Below the pieces are notes generated by a model. The model saw nothing but the letters and a program-made list of their open reading frames with translations. It had not been told where the DNA came from and ran no database searches. The position numbers were made by a program, and so were the translations under genes. DNA of 64,000 nucleotides from Octopus bimaculoides (taxonomy: Eukaryota): positions 64,393,454-64,457,453 of the forward strand of contig NC_068990.1 of the NCBI RefSeq assembly GCF_001194135.2. Reading direction: 5' to 3'. This document shows, one piece after another, positions 52,868-64,000 of the stretch. Position 1 is the stretch's first letter; each line of letters begins with the position of its first letter.

Positions 52868-54279
52868 TTAAAGTCAAACAAAACATGCTGCCTCATATGC
52901 CAATATGTATAGTTGTTACAGAAACAATCATAAATGTTAGTATTTAAATATAACTAAATAGTCTTGACACTATAAATAAAGGAAAAGGGACAGTCATCTC
53001 AGAGAGGTCAATGCTTTCCAGAGCTCACTTATGCCCTAGGTTAGTAGTTCTTAAATTTTGTCTATAGCACCCATCTCCTCAGGGGTGTTGTGAGCTACAA
53101 GGGTAGGAGTTAGTGCAGCAAATGTCAAGAAGACAGTGTGGAGGCACTGAATGTTTAGCTATGTTGTGAATTTTCCCAGAAATATATTTAAGCCAGGTGC
53201 AATGTTTTGAACACATTTGAAATAAAAGAAATCCTTGTCAGAAATGAATATAAATAAGACATTGTAATAGTATTACCACTGAGAAGAAACACAACCGATG
53301 ATTCATCTCGGTCCAATATTATTTTGTTATATAAGTCCTTATTGTAAATAATTTGGATAAGGTTTAACATAGGCAACTCTAATCCATGCAGACATCTAAA
53401 AAGAGGCACTTTTTTGATATGATACTATAATGTGGGTAATAAACAATTGTACAAAATTATCTTCTGATATAGGTGGTACTAGGGTTGTACACTTCAGCTG
53501 TATACATACATTGTCTCTCATCGTTTACCTCTTTCTATAGGATTTCTTCATTTTCAAGGATATCAGTAGATATCCTAAGGTGATATAGATTTTATTGGGA
53601 AGAATATAAAAATTAGCTTTTAGCTTTTCACTCTCAACTTTGAAACTGTACTCTGTTGCAGCTCACAGTGAGAATTGCAAAGATCTTCCGATCTTTGTAA
53701 GAAGAAAGTATTGTATGATAAGCCTCTCTGAACTCTACTGACAACTGGATTCATTCTGTCTGTTGTAATATTGATTAATAATAGCCCACAGGAGAGGATT
53801 CTGTATGCACTGGGTCAGCACTGGAAGCTTTGCATATGTGAGACATCAGCTGATGTAGGACTTGGATTTTTTTTTTTTTTTTTTGTAATTGTTTTAAAAT
53901 TTTTTATAGGATCTTGGTTTCATATTAATGATGGAAAACAAATAGAAAATTGTAATGAATGCATATCCTAAAGATGTTATAGTAAACTGAGACAGTTATA
54001 ACTAAATTTTGGATATGGCCATCTATTTGTGAGCAAGTGTTTGCATTGTAACAATTGGAGGTGATGTAGCATAAGGAATACATCTCTAGTGTTAGTGCAT
54101 AGTAAAATGCTTTACTTCCTTCACCATGTAAAGGGGTTAATAATGGAAAGGGTAACCATCTCTAAGAAACCATGGCAAAAATAGTATGGCCTATACAGTA
54201 ACTGAGCTGGCTGATTTTTGCGCTGTCAGTGTGCAGGAAATATCAAATGACCACAATGAGTAGTGTTATTAGTCCAGCC

Positions 54280-54563
54280 CAGTGGTTCCCTGGGTATGGT
54301 GGAAAATTCCAAGGAAGTGTTGAAGAAAAGCGGGGCAATAATGGGGTAGCGGTTTATGTAAAAATTGGGGCAATAATAGGGTGGTGATTCATGTAAAAAC
54401 AACAAACTAATGGGTTCATTGGGTTAAGTTTTATTTGTAAGATACAATTGCTTTGAATTTGCTTCAGATAGAGGTCTATGCTTGTTAGTTGGGGGTGGGA
54501 GCACTAGGAATATGGCCTGGGTGTCAAGGGGGCAGCAGCCTGGAAAGGTTTGGGAACCACATG
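54280..54563. mobile_element. hAT-like MITE
   Basis: Starts cagtggttccc and ends tttgggaaccacatg, which resembles Charlie/hAT TIRs. Internal ~34-bp duplication ggggcaataat...atgtaaaaa. No clear 8-bp TSD. Confidence 0.55.
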
Positions 54564-55902
54564 GGAAAACAGCTGTATATAACTGTTTTTCCATGCTACA
54601 CACTCATTCATACACACACAAATACATCCTTTCATATGTACATGTTAGTGTTCATATTTACATGTATGCTTACATATATTCATTAATGTATATACTCATA
54701 CATTTAGGCTTTTCTCTAACAAGACTAGATTAGTATGTTGTGTCCCTATTGCTTTGTGTGAATCTAACATTCTCTCATCTGTCTTGGAGCCTTAAAATGT
54801 TCAATTAATTATGTTGGGTGGTGGAATTACTTTTTCTTTCATTCTGGATTTTTTGTCTCTTTTGTACATTTTATTTCCATCTTTTGTTCTCACATTTAAA
54901 AATTGCTTTATTAGTTAATAAAGTTATTTCTGCCTTTTTCTTTTAAACAATTTGACTTTGTTATACTTATTATAATTATGTGACACAATTGGTAGTGGGC
55001 TGCACGAACTGTCTTATGTATTGTTCTTTTACATTTTTTGTTCAATTCTCACTGGGGTAATAGAAATGATTATTATATTGTCTTCTATCATCATCATAAA
55101 AATATGTTAATATTTTGTACTTCATGGGGGAATATTATTTTCCTTTTGTTTGTAACATTGTCTGATAATTAATTCTTATTTTTATCCTTTTAAATGAACA
55201 TTGTGTCGTTATTACTTTCATAATGACAATGTTAGTTGTTCCATGATGTTTTGTGTTGAATGGATTAGCAGGTCAGCATAACTCTGCAATATTGATCCCT
55301 TACTTGTTTGCAAGCCTACTTTGTCTTTGCACAGCATGAATCTTGTAATGTCCTTTTATCCCCTAGTCTATTTTGCCTATTTGTCTTACATTGTACATCA
55401 TACCAGCACACATGGCTTTATTACAATACATCAACCAATGCTTTAATGTTTTTGATACCCAGTCATGATTATTGGGGTAAGATTTACTAAGCCAAATACA
55501 TAATACACCTTAAGTATATATACATTAAAGATACCTTAATTTATGCTTCCTGGAATAACATCATCATGCAAGTTAATATTTCCAATGGTGCTAATATTTA
55601 AAATAGTGGACCAGGTGTGATGCTGAACAGTATGGTGGTCTCATTTCAAATCCTACTTGACTTGATTTTTTGTGGTTGATGCAATACATAGAAATAATAG
55701 ACTGAAATTTATTCAATAGGATAAACTGATTTCAGGAAAATTGTTGTTGTCAACAAGGGTACGTGTTAGCTACTGTGGTCCTGGAAAATTAACAGGATAG
55801 CCACAACTTGGAAATCTTTAATCATAGGTTTACTGGACTAATACTAACCTACAGCTAAACAACATTGATATCATCTAGAAAAAAAAAAAAAAAATTATCA
55901 TA

Positions 55903-56312
55903 GGCACAGGAGTGGCTGTGTAGTAAGTAGCTTGCTTACCAGCCACATGGTCCCAGGTTCAGTTCCATTGCGTGGCACCTTGGGAAAGTGTCTTCTATTA
56001 TATCCTCGGGCCGACCAAAGCCTTGTGAGTGGATTTGGTTGACAGAAATGGAAAGAAGCCCGTCATATATATATATGTGTATATATGTATATGTTTATGT
56101 ATATGTTTGTGTCTGTGTTTGTCCCCTCCATCATCGCTTGACAACCAATATTGGTGTGTTTACATCCTCGTAACTTAGTGGTTCAGCAAATGAGACTGAT
56201 AGAATAAGTACTAGGCTTACAATGAATAAATCCTGGGGGCGATTTGTTCGACTAAAGGCAGTGCTCCAACATGGCTGCAGTCAGATGACTGAAACAAATA
56301 AAAGAATAAAAG
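55903..56312 (+). mobile_element. Full-length family-1 tRNA-derived SINE
   Basis: Head ggcacaggagtggctgtgtagtaag (A-box-like) and ggttcagttcc (B-box-like), an internal (TA/TG)n, and tail gactgaaacaaataaaagaataaaag. Other decayed copies at ~9190, 17770, 29680, 43280, 52370, 57510 and 58060. Confidence 0.9.
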
Positions 56313-59073
56313 AATTATTCTTACTGGTTTAACAAATTTTCAGCTAGACCGAAGTACTTTGTAAAATATTTTTATGGAATTACAGTTGTCAGATTTCTGT
56401 AACTCCACTGTCTGGAGCTTGAATTCCAAATCCTTGTTCCTGGAATAGCTGTTTTGGAATATTCCTCATGCTTTTGTAGTAATAAATGACTGTTGCTCAT
56501 GTAGTTTCCTCCGTTCTGTCCAATTGCAAGTACTTTTCACTCATTTAGTATTAGTTCTGTTTATTATTATTTCATTATACTAGTACAATTAAAACCTAAC
56601 AGTATACTGTAGCATGTGATATTATTTATTCCGTTGTACTAAAAATGACCAATCAAAATAATTTATTATTTTTTGGTCATAGCATGATGGTGGGGAGGTG
56701 GGTATGCATTCCAGCTGTCATTTTAAATGTTAGATCTGGCTGTAACACTATCAATTTGGTATTTTCATTATTTACTATAATAAACATAATTATTATCGCT
56801 GAGAGAGTGCCTTGCAAGTACAGAGGCATCTAAAACAACACATGAAAACAAGTACTAGCTACCAGGTCATAACTCATCTGCAACTAAGGGTAAATTTTTT
56901 TTCACCCCCCCCCCAATTCATCATTAACAATTTTCAGACATCACTACCTCCACTATCATTATTGCAACTTCTACAATCCACAAGTTTGTCTACCATTAGT
57001 AACACAACCTTTGATCCTGTCTACAATAACCTGCAAAATCGTCACTGCTTGCACCCCAGACCACAACCTCTACCATCATCACCACTATTGTTACTGCCAC
57101 TCTATCACAAAACTAATATTAACTTGTCACAAGGGTGACCAACCTTCAATTTTGATTGTCATCTTGTTCTGTTTAAATAATTAAGAATAGGTTCCGATTT
57201 GAGCTTCTGACTGAGTTACGAGGTAAAAAGTTCTTAGTATTCCCAATTATTTTCATTCACTGATTGCAGTTTGTTGTAGTTGCATTTGCATTAAAATATT
57301 CAATGGAGATAACCAGTATGTGAGTAGTGGAATGAATACAGTTGCTGTTTCAGGGTTCGGATCGAAAACCACAAATATTTGTCTTGACAAGGATTCCCTC
57401 TCATATAAACAAGTGTAAATATATGTATATATACACATGTATATATACACACTCATTTATAACTATCATGCGATATCAAGACTAGGAGATACAAATGCAC
57501 ACACGACAAACTTTTTTCAGTTTCTTCTAACAAATCAGCTCGCAAGGCTTTGGTCAGCTCTGGGCTATAGTAGAAGACACTTACCCAAGGTGTCACGTAA
57601 TGCATCTGTCTGTGTGTATTGTATATTGGTGATGCTTATAGCATTAATCTGTGACAAGGGACAGAATCCCAAATTATAATTATTCTTATGTATATTATCA
57701 AATTTCCATTTTCACGATCCAAGACGTTCATCTTACTTCCATTTTTCCATGCTGGTGTGAATTAGACAAATATAAATTATTTAGTTATTGTTATACAATA
57801 TGCCCTTCCTGTCACTAACCCTTACATGGTTTTTCAAAGGATTTTTTTTCATTTAGTACATTTTCAAAAGTTAGCAGAGGTTTTGTTGATAGAAATGGCA
57901 ACAAATTTCATCATTTGTAGCTCAGTACTTTTGCAAGCAAAGTGACAAAAGTGAATACTCTCTCTCTCTCTCTCTCTCTTTCTTTCTCTCTCTCTCTCTC
58001 TCTCTCCCCCTCTCTCTCTCTCTCTCTCTCTCCACCAAATTCACTCTCAAGGCACTGTTTGGCTCTGAACTACAATGGCACTGAACCCAAAACTACATGG
58101 CTGAGAAGCAAACTCCTTAACCACATAAACATGTCTGCACTTGGAAATTTTCTTGAGATTTTCTTTAAAAATTCTCCAGATTTAAGTGTGAAATGTGTAT
58201 TTAAAAAAAATATCTTTTTATGTCATTTATATAAAACAGGAATTAGAAATTAGGATTCATAAAAGAATGTGAGCATATTGAATTAGGATGTACAGGAAGA
58301 AAGTGTAAGAAATAATTTGAAAGTCACTTAGAAATTAAATCCAGACACTTGGTATAAGTGGTTTATGCTAGTTCTTGTTCATCAGTTCTTAGCATCATAT
58401 ATAATTGAGACAGCAAATATTGGAAGTTTATACATAGATCATGATTAATGAAGCTTTAGAAGTAGAAAGTTATACATTTCTGCTCTATGGGGAGTAAACT
58501 AATGGTGGTGATGTGTCTATAAATCTCTACACGTTTAAAAGCATATATATTTATTTATATTTTTAAATAAATTTTTGTTAAAAATTTGAAGAATTGCACA
58601 TTTATAGCTAGCCTTTCATTATAATCTGATAGACTAAAGCTAGTAGTTATTTATGTATTTTATCCATGACGGAAACATTTGTTGTTAGCAGTATCATTTG
58701 AACATGTGGTCTTAAGACAATATGATTTTCAATACATAAACATCTAATGCTAGATGGCTTGACAATTTGACAAAATAGAACAGTCTTTAGGTGACAGAAG
58801 CCAAATCCACTGTTAATCCATAGAAAGATACATATGGGTCAACTAATGACTCCAGACAACTTCATAGAACATACTCACAGACATTTTAGCTTAAACATAT
58901 GTTAAGAGAAATGGTGTTAGTAGTGAATTTATAAATATACAAACATGACTGTACATGCTCACTGTCAAGTATACTTTGCTCCTCACATTTCTAGATCCAT
59001 TTTCTATGCTTGTCTGGATGAGGTGATTTTTCTGTTGGACAGTTGTTTAATAGTTGTATACCCTTTATACTGT

Positions 59074-59446
59074 GGAGGCGCAATGGCCCAGTGGTTAGGG
59101 CAGCAGACTCGAGGTCATAGGATCGCGGTTTCAATTCCCAGACCGGGCGTCATGAGTGTTTATTGAGCAAAACCACCTAAAGCTCCACGAGGCTCTGGCA
59201 GGGGTGGCAAACCCTGCTGTACTCTTTCACCACAACTTTCTCTCACTCTTACTTCTTGTTTCTGTTGTACCTGTATTTCAAAGGGCCAGCCTTGTCACTC
59301 TATGTCATGCTGAATATCCCCAGGAACTACGTTAAGGGTACACTTGTCTGTGGAGTGCTCAGCCATTTGCACGTTAATTTCACGAGCAGGCCGTTCCGTT
59401 GATCGGATCAACTGGAACCCTCAATGTTGTAAACGACGGAGTGCCA
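59074..59446 (+). mobile_element. Full-length family-4 tRNA-derived SINE with a 14-bp TSD
   Basis: tRNA-like head ggaggcgcaatggcccagtggttagggcagcagactc...ggtttcaattccc. Flanks accctttatactgt (59060-59073) and acccttcatactgt (59447-59460). Confidence 0.9.
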
Positions 59447-59739
59447 ACCCTTCATACTGTTGTAGGTGTTGAACTTGCTTTTTGTCAGTGAAGTAAACTG
59501 GAGCAAGCAAAAGTTATGTATCTTGGTTGTAGTGAGATTTGAACTTAATATTTTGATATGTTAACAAAAGTAAACCCTGTGTTGTTTCGATGACTGAGGA
59601 GAGGGCTGAGAGATTTTAGAATAAAGCACAGACTTGTCATTCATGTAGTTTCAGATCAATAAATATCAAATCTGTATATTAAATTTTTGTATATTGATTA
59701 AGCATATTACATAGTTCCTGATCAATGTAAGCTCCTGAA

Positions 59740-59978
59740 ATAGGCAGATATGCACATGCTTGCTCACAAACATACAGACAGGGCAGACATGTATACATAG
59801 TCACATGCTCACATACACAGCTGCACATATTCTGTGCACATGCATGTGCACACGCACACATGCACACACACACATACACACAGAAGCATATAGAAAGAAA
59901 CAGGTATACATACATAGGTAAGCAGGCTGAGCTGGATTGATACACATAAACATACATGCAGGTATGCAGAAATGCACA

Positions 59979-60018
<40 letters not shown>
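59740..60018. repeat. Degenerate and pure (CA)n microsatellite
   Basis: A catacacatg-type tract ending in pure (CA)n. Another lies at 60805-60900. Confidence 0.9.
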
Positions 60019-60019
<1 letters not shown>

Positions 60020-60821
60020 AGGGAGCTAAACACATGGGTAGAGGCAGTCAAACATTTACTATCATCAGCAGCATCAACAGGAAGTTTGGTGTTCAACTTG
60101 TACCAGCATGTTACATCCATATCAGTGCTTCGACAGGCATCTTGTAAGATGCACTTGACTGCACAGTGCTGGTGGTAACAACAACTGGAAGATGGTTTGA
60201 GTGGTTTCCATTTATCTTCATTACTACTCCATCATTGCCTCCACTACCACTGCCACTAGAGATTTTATGTTTCAGTAATTCTTCTTTTTCAAATGATCTT
60301 CAAGCAGAACATTGCAAAAGCACTTTGATGGCGGCAGCGGTGGCTGCAGTGGTGGTGGTGGTGGTGGTGGTGAAAGTTAACAAGAAACAGTTAAAGGAAA
60401 GTCTCTAGGCAGTGCAGTAGTGGTTGCAGTGGAGAGGTTATGTGAGAGGGAGTATTCCAATTTCTTCCTTTTTTGGCTCTCCGCTTACTCTTCTCTGTCT
60501 CCCATTCTCTTTCACTTTCTTCCTCTCTCTCTCAACTGGAGGAAAGAAACTGAGATAAGTAGTGAAGATGATATATCTGTAAACTCTTCACTGACTCTTC
60601 ATACCCTTCTGCTTCTACATTTTCTCACCAGCAACCTACTGACTCTGTTAAAACAGAAGGAAGCAGAAGAAATACCACTGTCACAAGCACATCATTCCAT
60701 TCAAAAACATTAGCTAGATCGATAAGGATACCAGATATCTACCAGCAGCCAAATCCAACCAATATCTAGATCAGGAAAACTCTATCTCCCAAATGCAATT
60801 CCTGCATGCACACACGCACAT

Positions 60822-60873
<52 letters not shown>

Positions 60874-62899
60874 GCACACACACATGCACACGCACACACC
60901 ATTCAGATTAAATTTGATATGACAGTATTGTTTCCAAGCAAATTAATATCTGATTCGATTGCATTATGCAAGATGCAGTTTAGCCATTTAAGAATGCACA
61001 AAAACTATTATAGTCATTCCTTGTGTATTTCTTAATAGTATGGTCTATTATGAAGTATCAAAAAGTTTTGTCACACTTCTGCAACCAGATTACGATTTCA
61101 TATGATACTTCATAATAGTCTACATTGTTAAGAAATAAACAAAAGTTTTTTGTTTGCATTGAAATGGTTAAAATCATTCTTCCATGATGTAATTTTTTCA
61201 GTTTCAACACATGGTCTCAGTTCCAATTATTTACCAAACGATTCCCACTCTGTCATTTCTGGCCTGCTGACTCACAGACTTGTTTGTTGGTAAAGTTTAA
61301 AAGAATTAAAAGGAACTTTATTGATAGTGAAATAAGAGTAAAACAGGACTGCAAAATGGGGATAGTCATTGGATCTTTTCAATCCTGAAAAGATCCGAAT
61401 AAAGTAGTATTTACAGTCAATATTTTATTGTATTTCAGGAAGATCATTATGCCAATAACAAGCACATGCACTGGTTCTATATTTCACTTCTTTTATTATT
61501 AGTAGTAGTCAACTAGTTAACCATTTAACCAATTAACTAATTGATTCTTTGATTAATCATTTGGTCAATCAATCAGCTAAGTTTATCACAGTTCTTTTGT
61601 CATCATCTGCAACTTCATCAATAAAATGCCTTCCCTGCTTGGAGTCTGTCAGTCATGAATAATGTTGAAAAATCTATGACAAACCTAGTTGATTGATTGA
61701 TTGATCAAACTGGCCATATTAACTAATTGATTCTTTGATTAATCATTTAGTCAATCAATGCCAGCATGGAAAGCGGACGTTAAACGACAATGGTGATGAT
61801 GAGTATCCTTTTTAAGGATAGTGCTTAGTGGTGATTTAGGTTTAACTTGATGTCTAAAAAGATAGTACTTAAGTTATTTTAAAGTAAATATTATCTTTCT
61901 TTTTAAATAAAATTCATTTATGGTTTCTAAATTTGTTCAGGTAATGTCCGTTTGTATTTTAAAAAATTGCATACTTACCTATCTACAGGCTTTACGGTTT
62001 AATCTTTTTTTTTAATATACTAATCCGATGTTGAATTAGCTAAAATTGGAGTAGTTTTTGTGCTTTTCTTTTTTTCTATAACTCTAACCTCTTAATTACT
62101 GCAATGTTCTGTTCCATTGTCGTACTTTATCTAAACCTTGTTGTGGGATTTATTAACATACATGCAGAATCTGCCAAAAATAAGGCTTATGTATGTGTTG
62201 TGAATACTTTTATCATTCATTCTGCACACTTTCCTGTATCATTTCAAGTCAGTTGAATTAGGTGTTCTTAGCATTCTGCAGATTTTTGAATGTTTGTCAA
62301 AAATTGCTCTTCATACAAGAATCATATGCATGTCATATCTTGATCTGTCAGTTCTGTTAAGTTTCAAACCAAATTTCCTGGAGTGCGCATTCAAGTGACA
62401 TTGACATTATTTCCAATAATCCAATTACATAATTTTTTTTTATCTTAGTTCCTATGATTCGCAAATTTTGCCATCCCCCTTTTTGTCTTAAAAGCTTATA
62501 TAATAGTCATGTTTTACATGTGTTTCAACATGTCTAAACATTTTATCTATGAGCTGGCACATAGAACCTAATTCTGCTTTATATAATCTACCAAGGAAAA
62601 AATGCAAACTGTGCATCAATGAATTAACAAAAACAGAATATTAAAAACATCATATGAAACAAAATTCTAAATTTCTATTATAGTTAATATATATAAAGAA
62701 AACAAAATACAAAGAAAGAAAGCAACATTAAATATTAGGCCCTAGTATTCCCAGACCTGCTCTTTTCAAATGGTTATCATCTTTCTAAAATGTTAAGTTT
62801 TTGACAGTTACTTTTAAATTGAGCTCCCAAAGTTGATCAAAAGCTGAATTATGATTTTCTAAAGGATTGATGAACTTTAAAGCATAACTTGACAGCTTT

Positions 62900-62902
62900 T
62901 TG

Positions 62903-62949
<47 letters not shown>

Positions 62950-63945
62950 CCTTTCTACTAAAGACACAAAGCCTGAAATTTTTGGGGAGGGGACTAGTTC
63001 ATTACATCGACCCCCCCCCCCNNNNNNNNNNNNNNNNNNNNNNNNNNNNNNNNNNNNNNNNNNNNNNNNNNNNNNNNNNNNNNNNNNNNNNNNNNNNNNN
63101 NNNNNNNNNNNNNNNNNNNNNNNAGTGTTTCACTGGTACTTAATTTATCATCCCCAAAAGGATGAAAGGCAAAGGGAACTTTGGCGGAATTTGAATTCAG
63201 AATGTAGCACTGGGTGAAATACTGCTAAGCATTTTGTCTAGCGTGCCTATGATTCTGCCAGCTCGCTACCTTAGTAATAATAATAATAATAATAATAATA
63301 ATGATAATAATGATTTTGGCTCAAGACAATCGATTTTAGGGGAGGGATGTAAGTCGATTACATCAACCTCAGTGCTCAACTGGTACTTATTTTATTTATC
63401 CTGAAAAGATGGAAGGTTAACCCGACCTCAGTGGAATTTAAATTCAGAATGTAAAGATAGATGAAATGCCACTAAGCATTTTATCCTGCCTACTAATGAT
63501 TCTGCCAGCTTGCCAATAATCCTTATTTTGTCACATGGCCTGTAAATTTGATGGGTAGGGGAAGTCAATTACATAGATCCCAATACTCAACTGGTACTTA
63601 TTTTATCAACCCTGAAAGGATGAAAAGCAAAATCAACCTTGGTAGACTTGGAATTCTGAATGTAAAAACTTAGCAGTATTTTGTTCAGTGTGCTAACGAT
63701 TCTGCACCTCAACATCTTAGTAATGATAATAATAATAATAATACTTTCTACTAAAGGCACAAAGCCTCAACCTCAGTGTTCAACTGGTACTTATTTCATT
63801 GACCCCGAAAGGATGAAAGGCCAAGTCGATCTCAGTGAAATTTGAACTCAAGAAGTAAAAATGGATAAAATTTCACTAAGCGTTTTATCTGGTGCCAGAC
63901 AAAATGCTTAGTAGTGATTTTGACAGCTTGCCACCTTAATAATAA
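62900..63945 (-). mobile_element. Head-to-tail array of four family-3 SINE units, mostly separated by (AAT)n
   Basis: Units start near 62949, 63315, 63520 and 63745, each with gattacat..accccag..ctcaactggtactta...aaaggatgaaaggc...gaatttgaa.tcagaatgt. (aat)n runs at 62904-62948, 63276-63312 and 63721-63742. Confidence 0.85.
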
Positions 63946-64000
63946 CGATGATAATAAATTGCTAAATCATAAAGATCTGCTGTAATATATTTTTTTAAAT

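Noticed and set aside
59074-59150. tRNA-like sequence
   Set aside because: It is the head of a SINE with a body and a TSD, and I cannot fold a full cloverleaf.
1-64000. CRISPR arrays, rRNA, operons or prokaryotic defence systems
   Set aside because: No spacer-repeat arrays or rRNA motifs were seen. The sequence is eukaryotic, and the 22-bp x4 and 50-bp repeats have no spacers.

Overview
AT-rich eukaryotic scaffold full of microsatellites, with six N-gaps, most of them at simple repeats. The SINE families look like those of Octopus (inferred from repeat sequence, not confirmed). Most of the window reads as intronic or intergenic DNA. It carries at least four SINE families, two decayed RTE-clade LINE fragments, a Penelope-like fragment, two Tc1/mariner relics, piggyBac-type and hAT-type MITEs, a candidate solo LTR and two long foldback hairpins. 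The best coding signal is the 3' end of a plus-strand gene with tiny exons: 44411-44442, 46505-46550 and 47612-47700 splice in phase to ...ATETLYRIRKEEMRSMSEILIAAVKERRKLAQRLQIQAINGTVKICKTFQKFSI*. I cannot name this protein. Candidate upstream exons lie at 11241, 18309 and 41914. Most ORF-track entries are artefacts of microsatellites, gaps or low complexity. I found no clearly new multi-gene system. The items most worth following up are the unidentified gene, the potential dsRNA structures (possible ADAR substrates), the head-to-tail SINE arrays in (AAT)n, and a triple ARE/AP-1 motif cluster. All alignments and counts were done by eye, and repeat boundaries are approximate.
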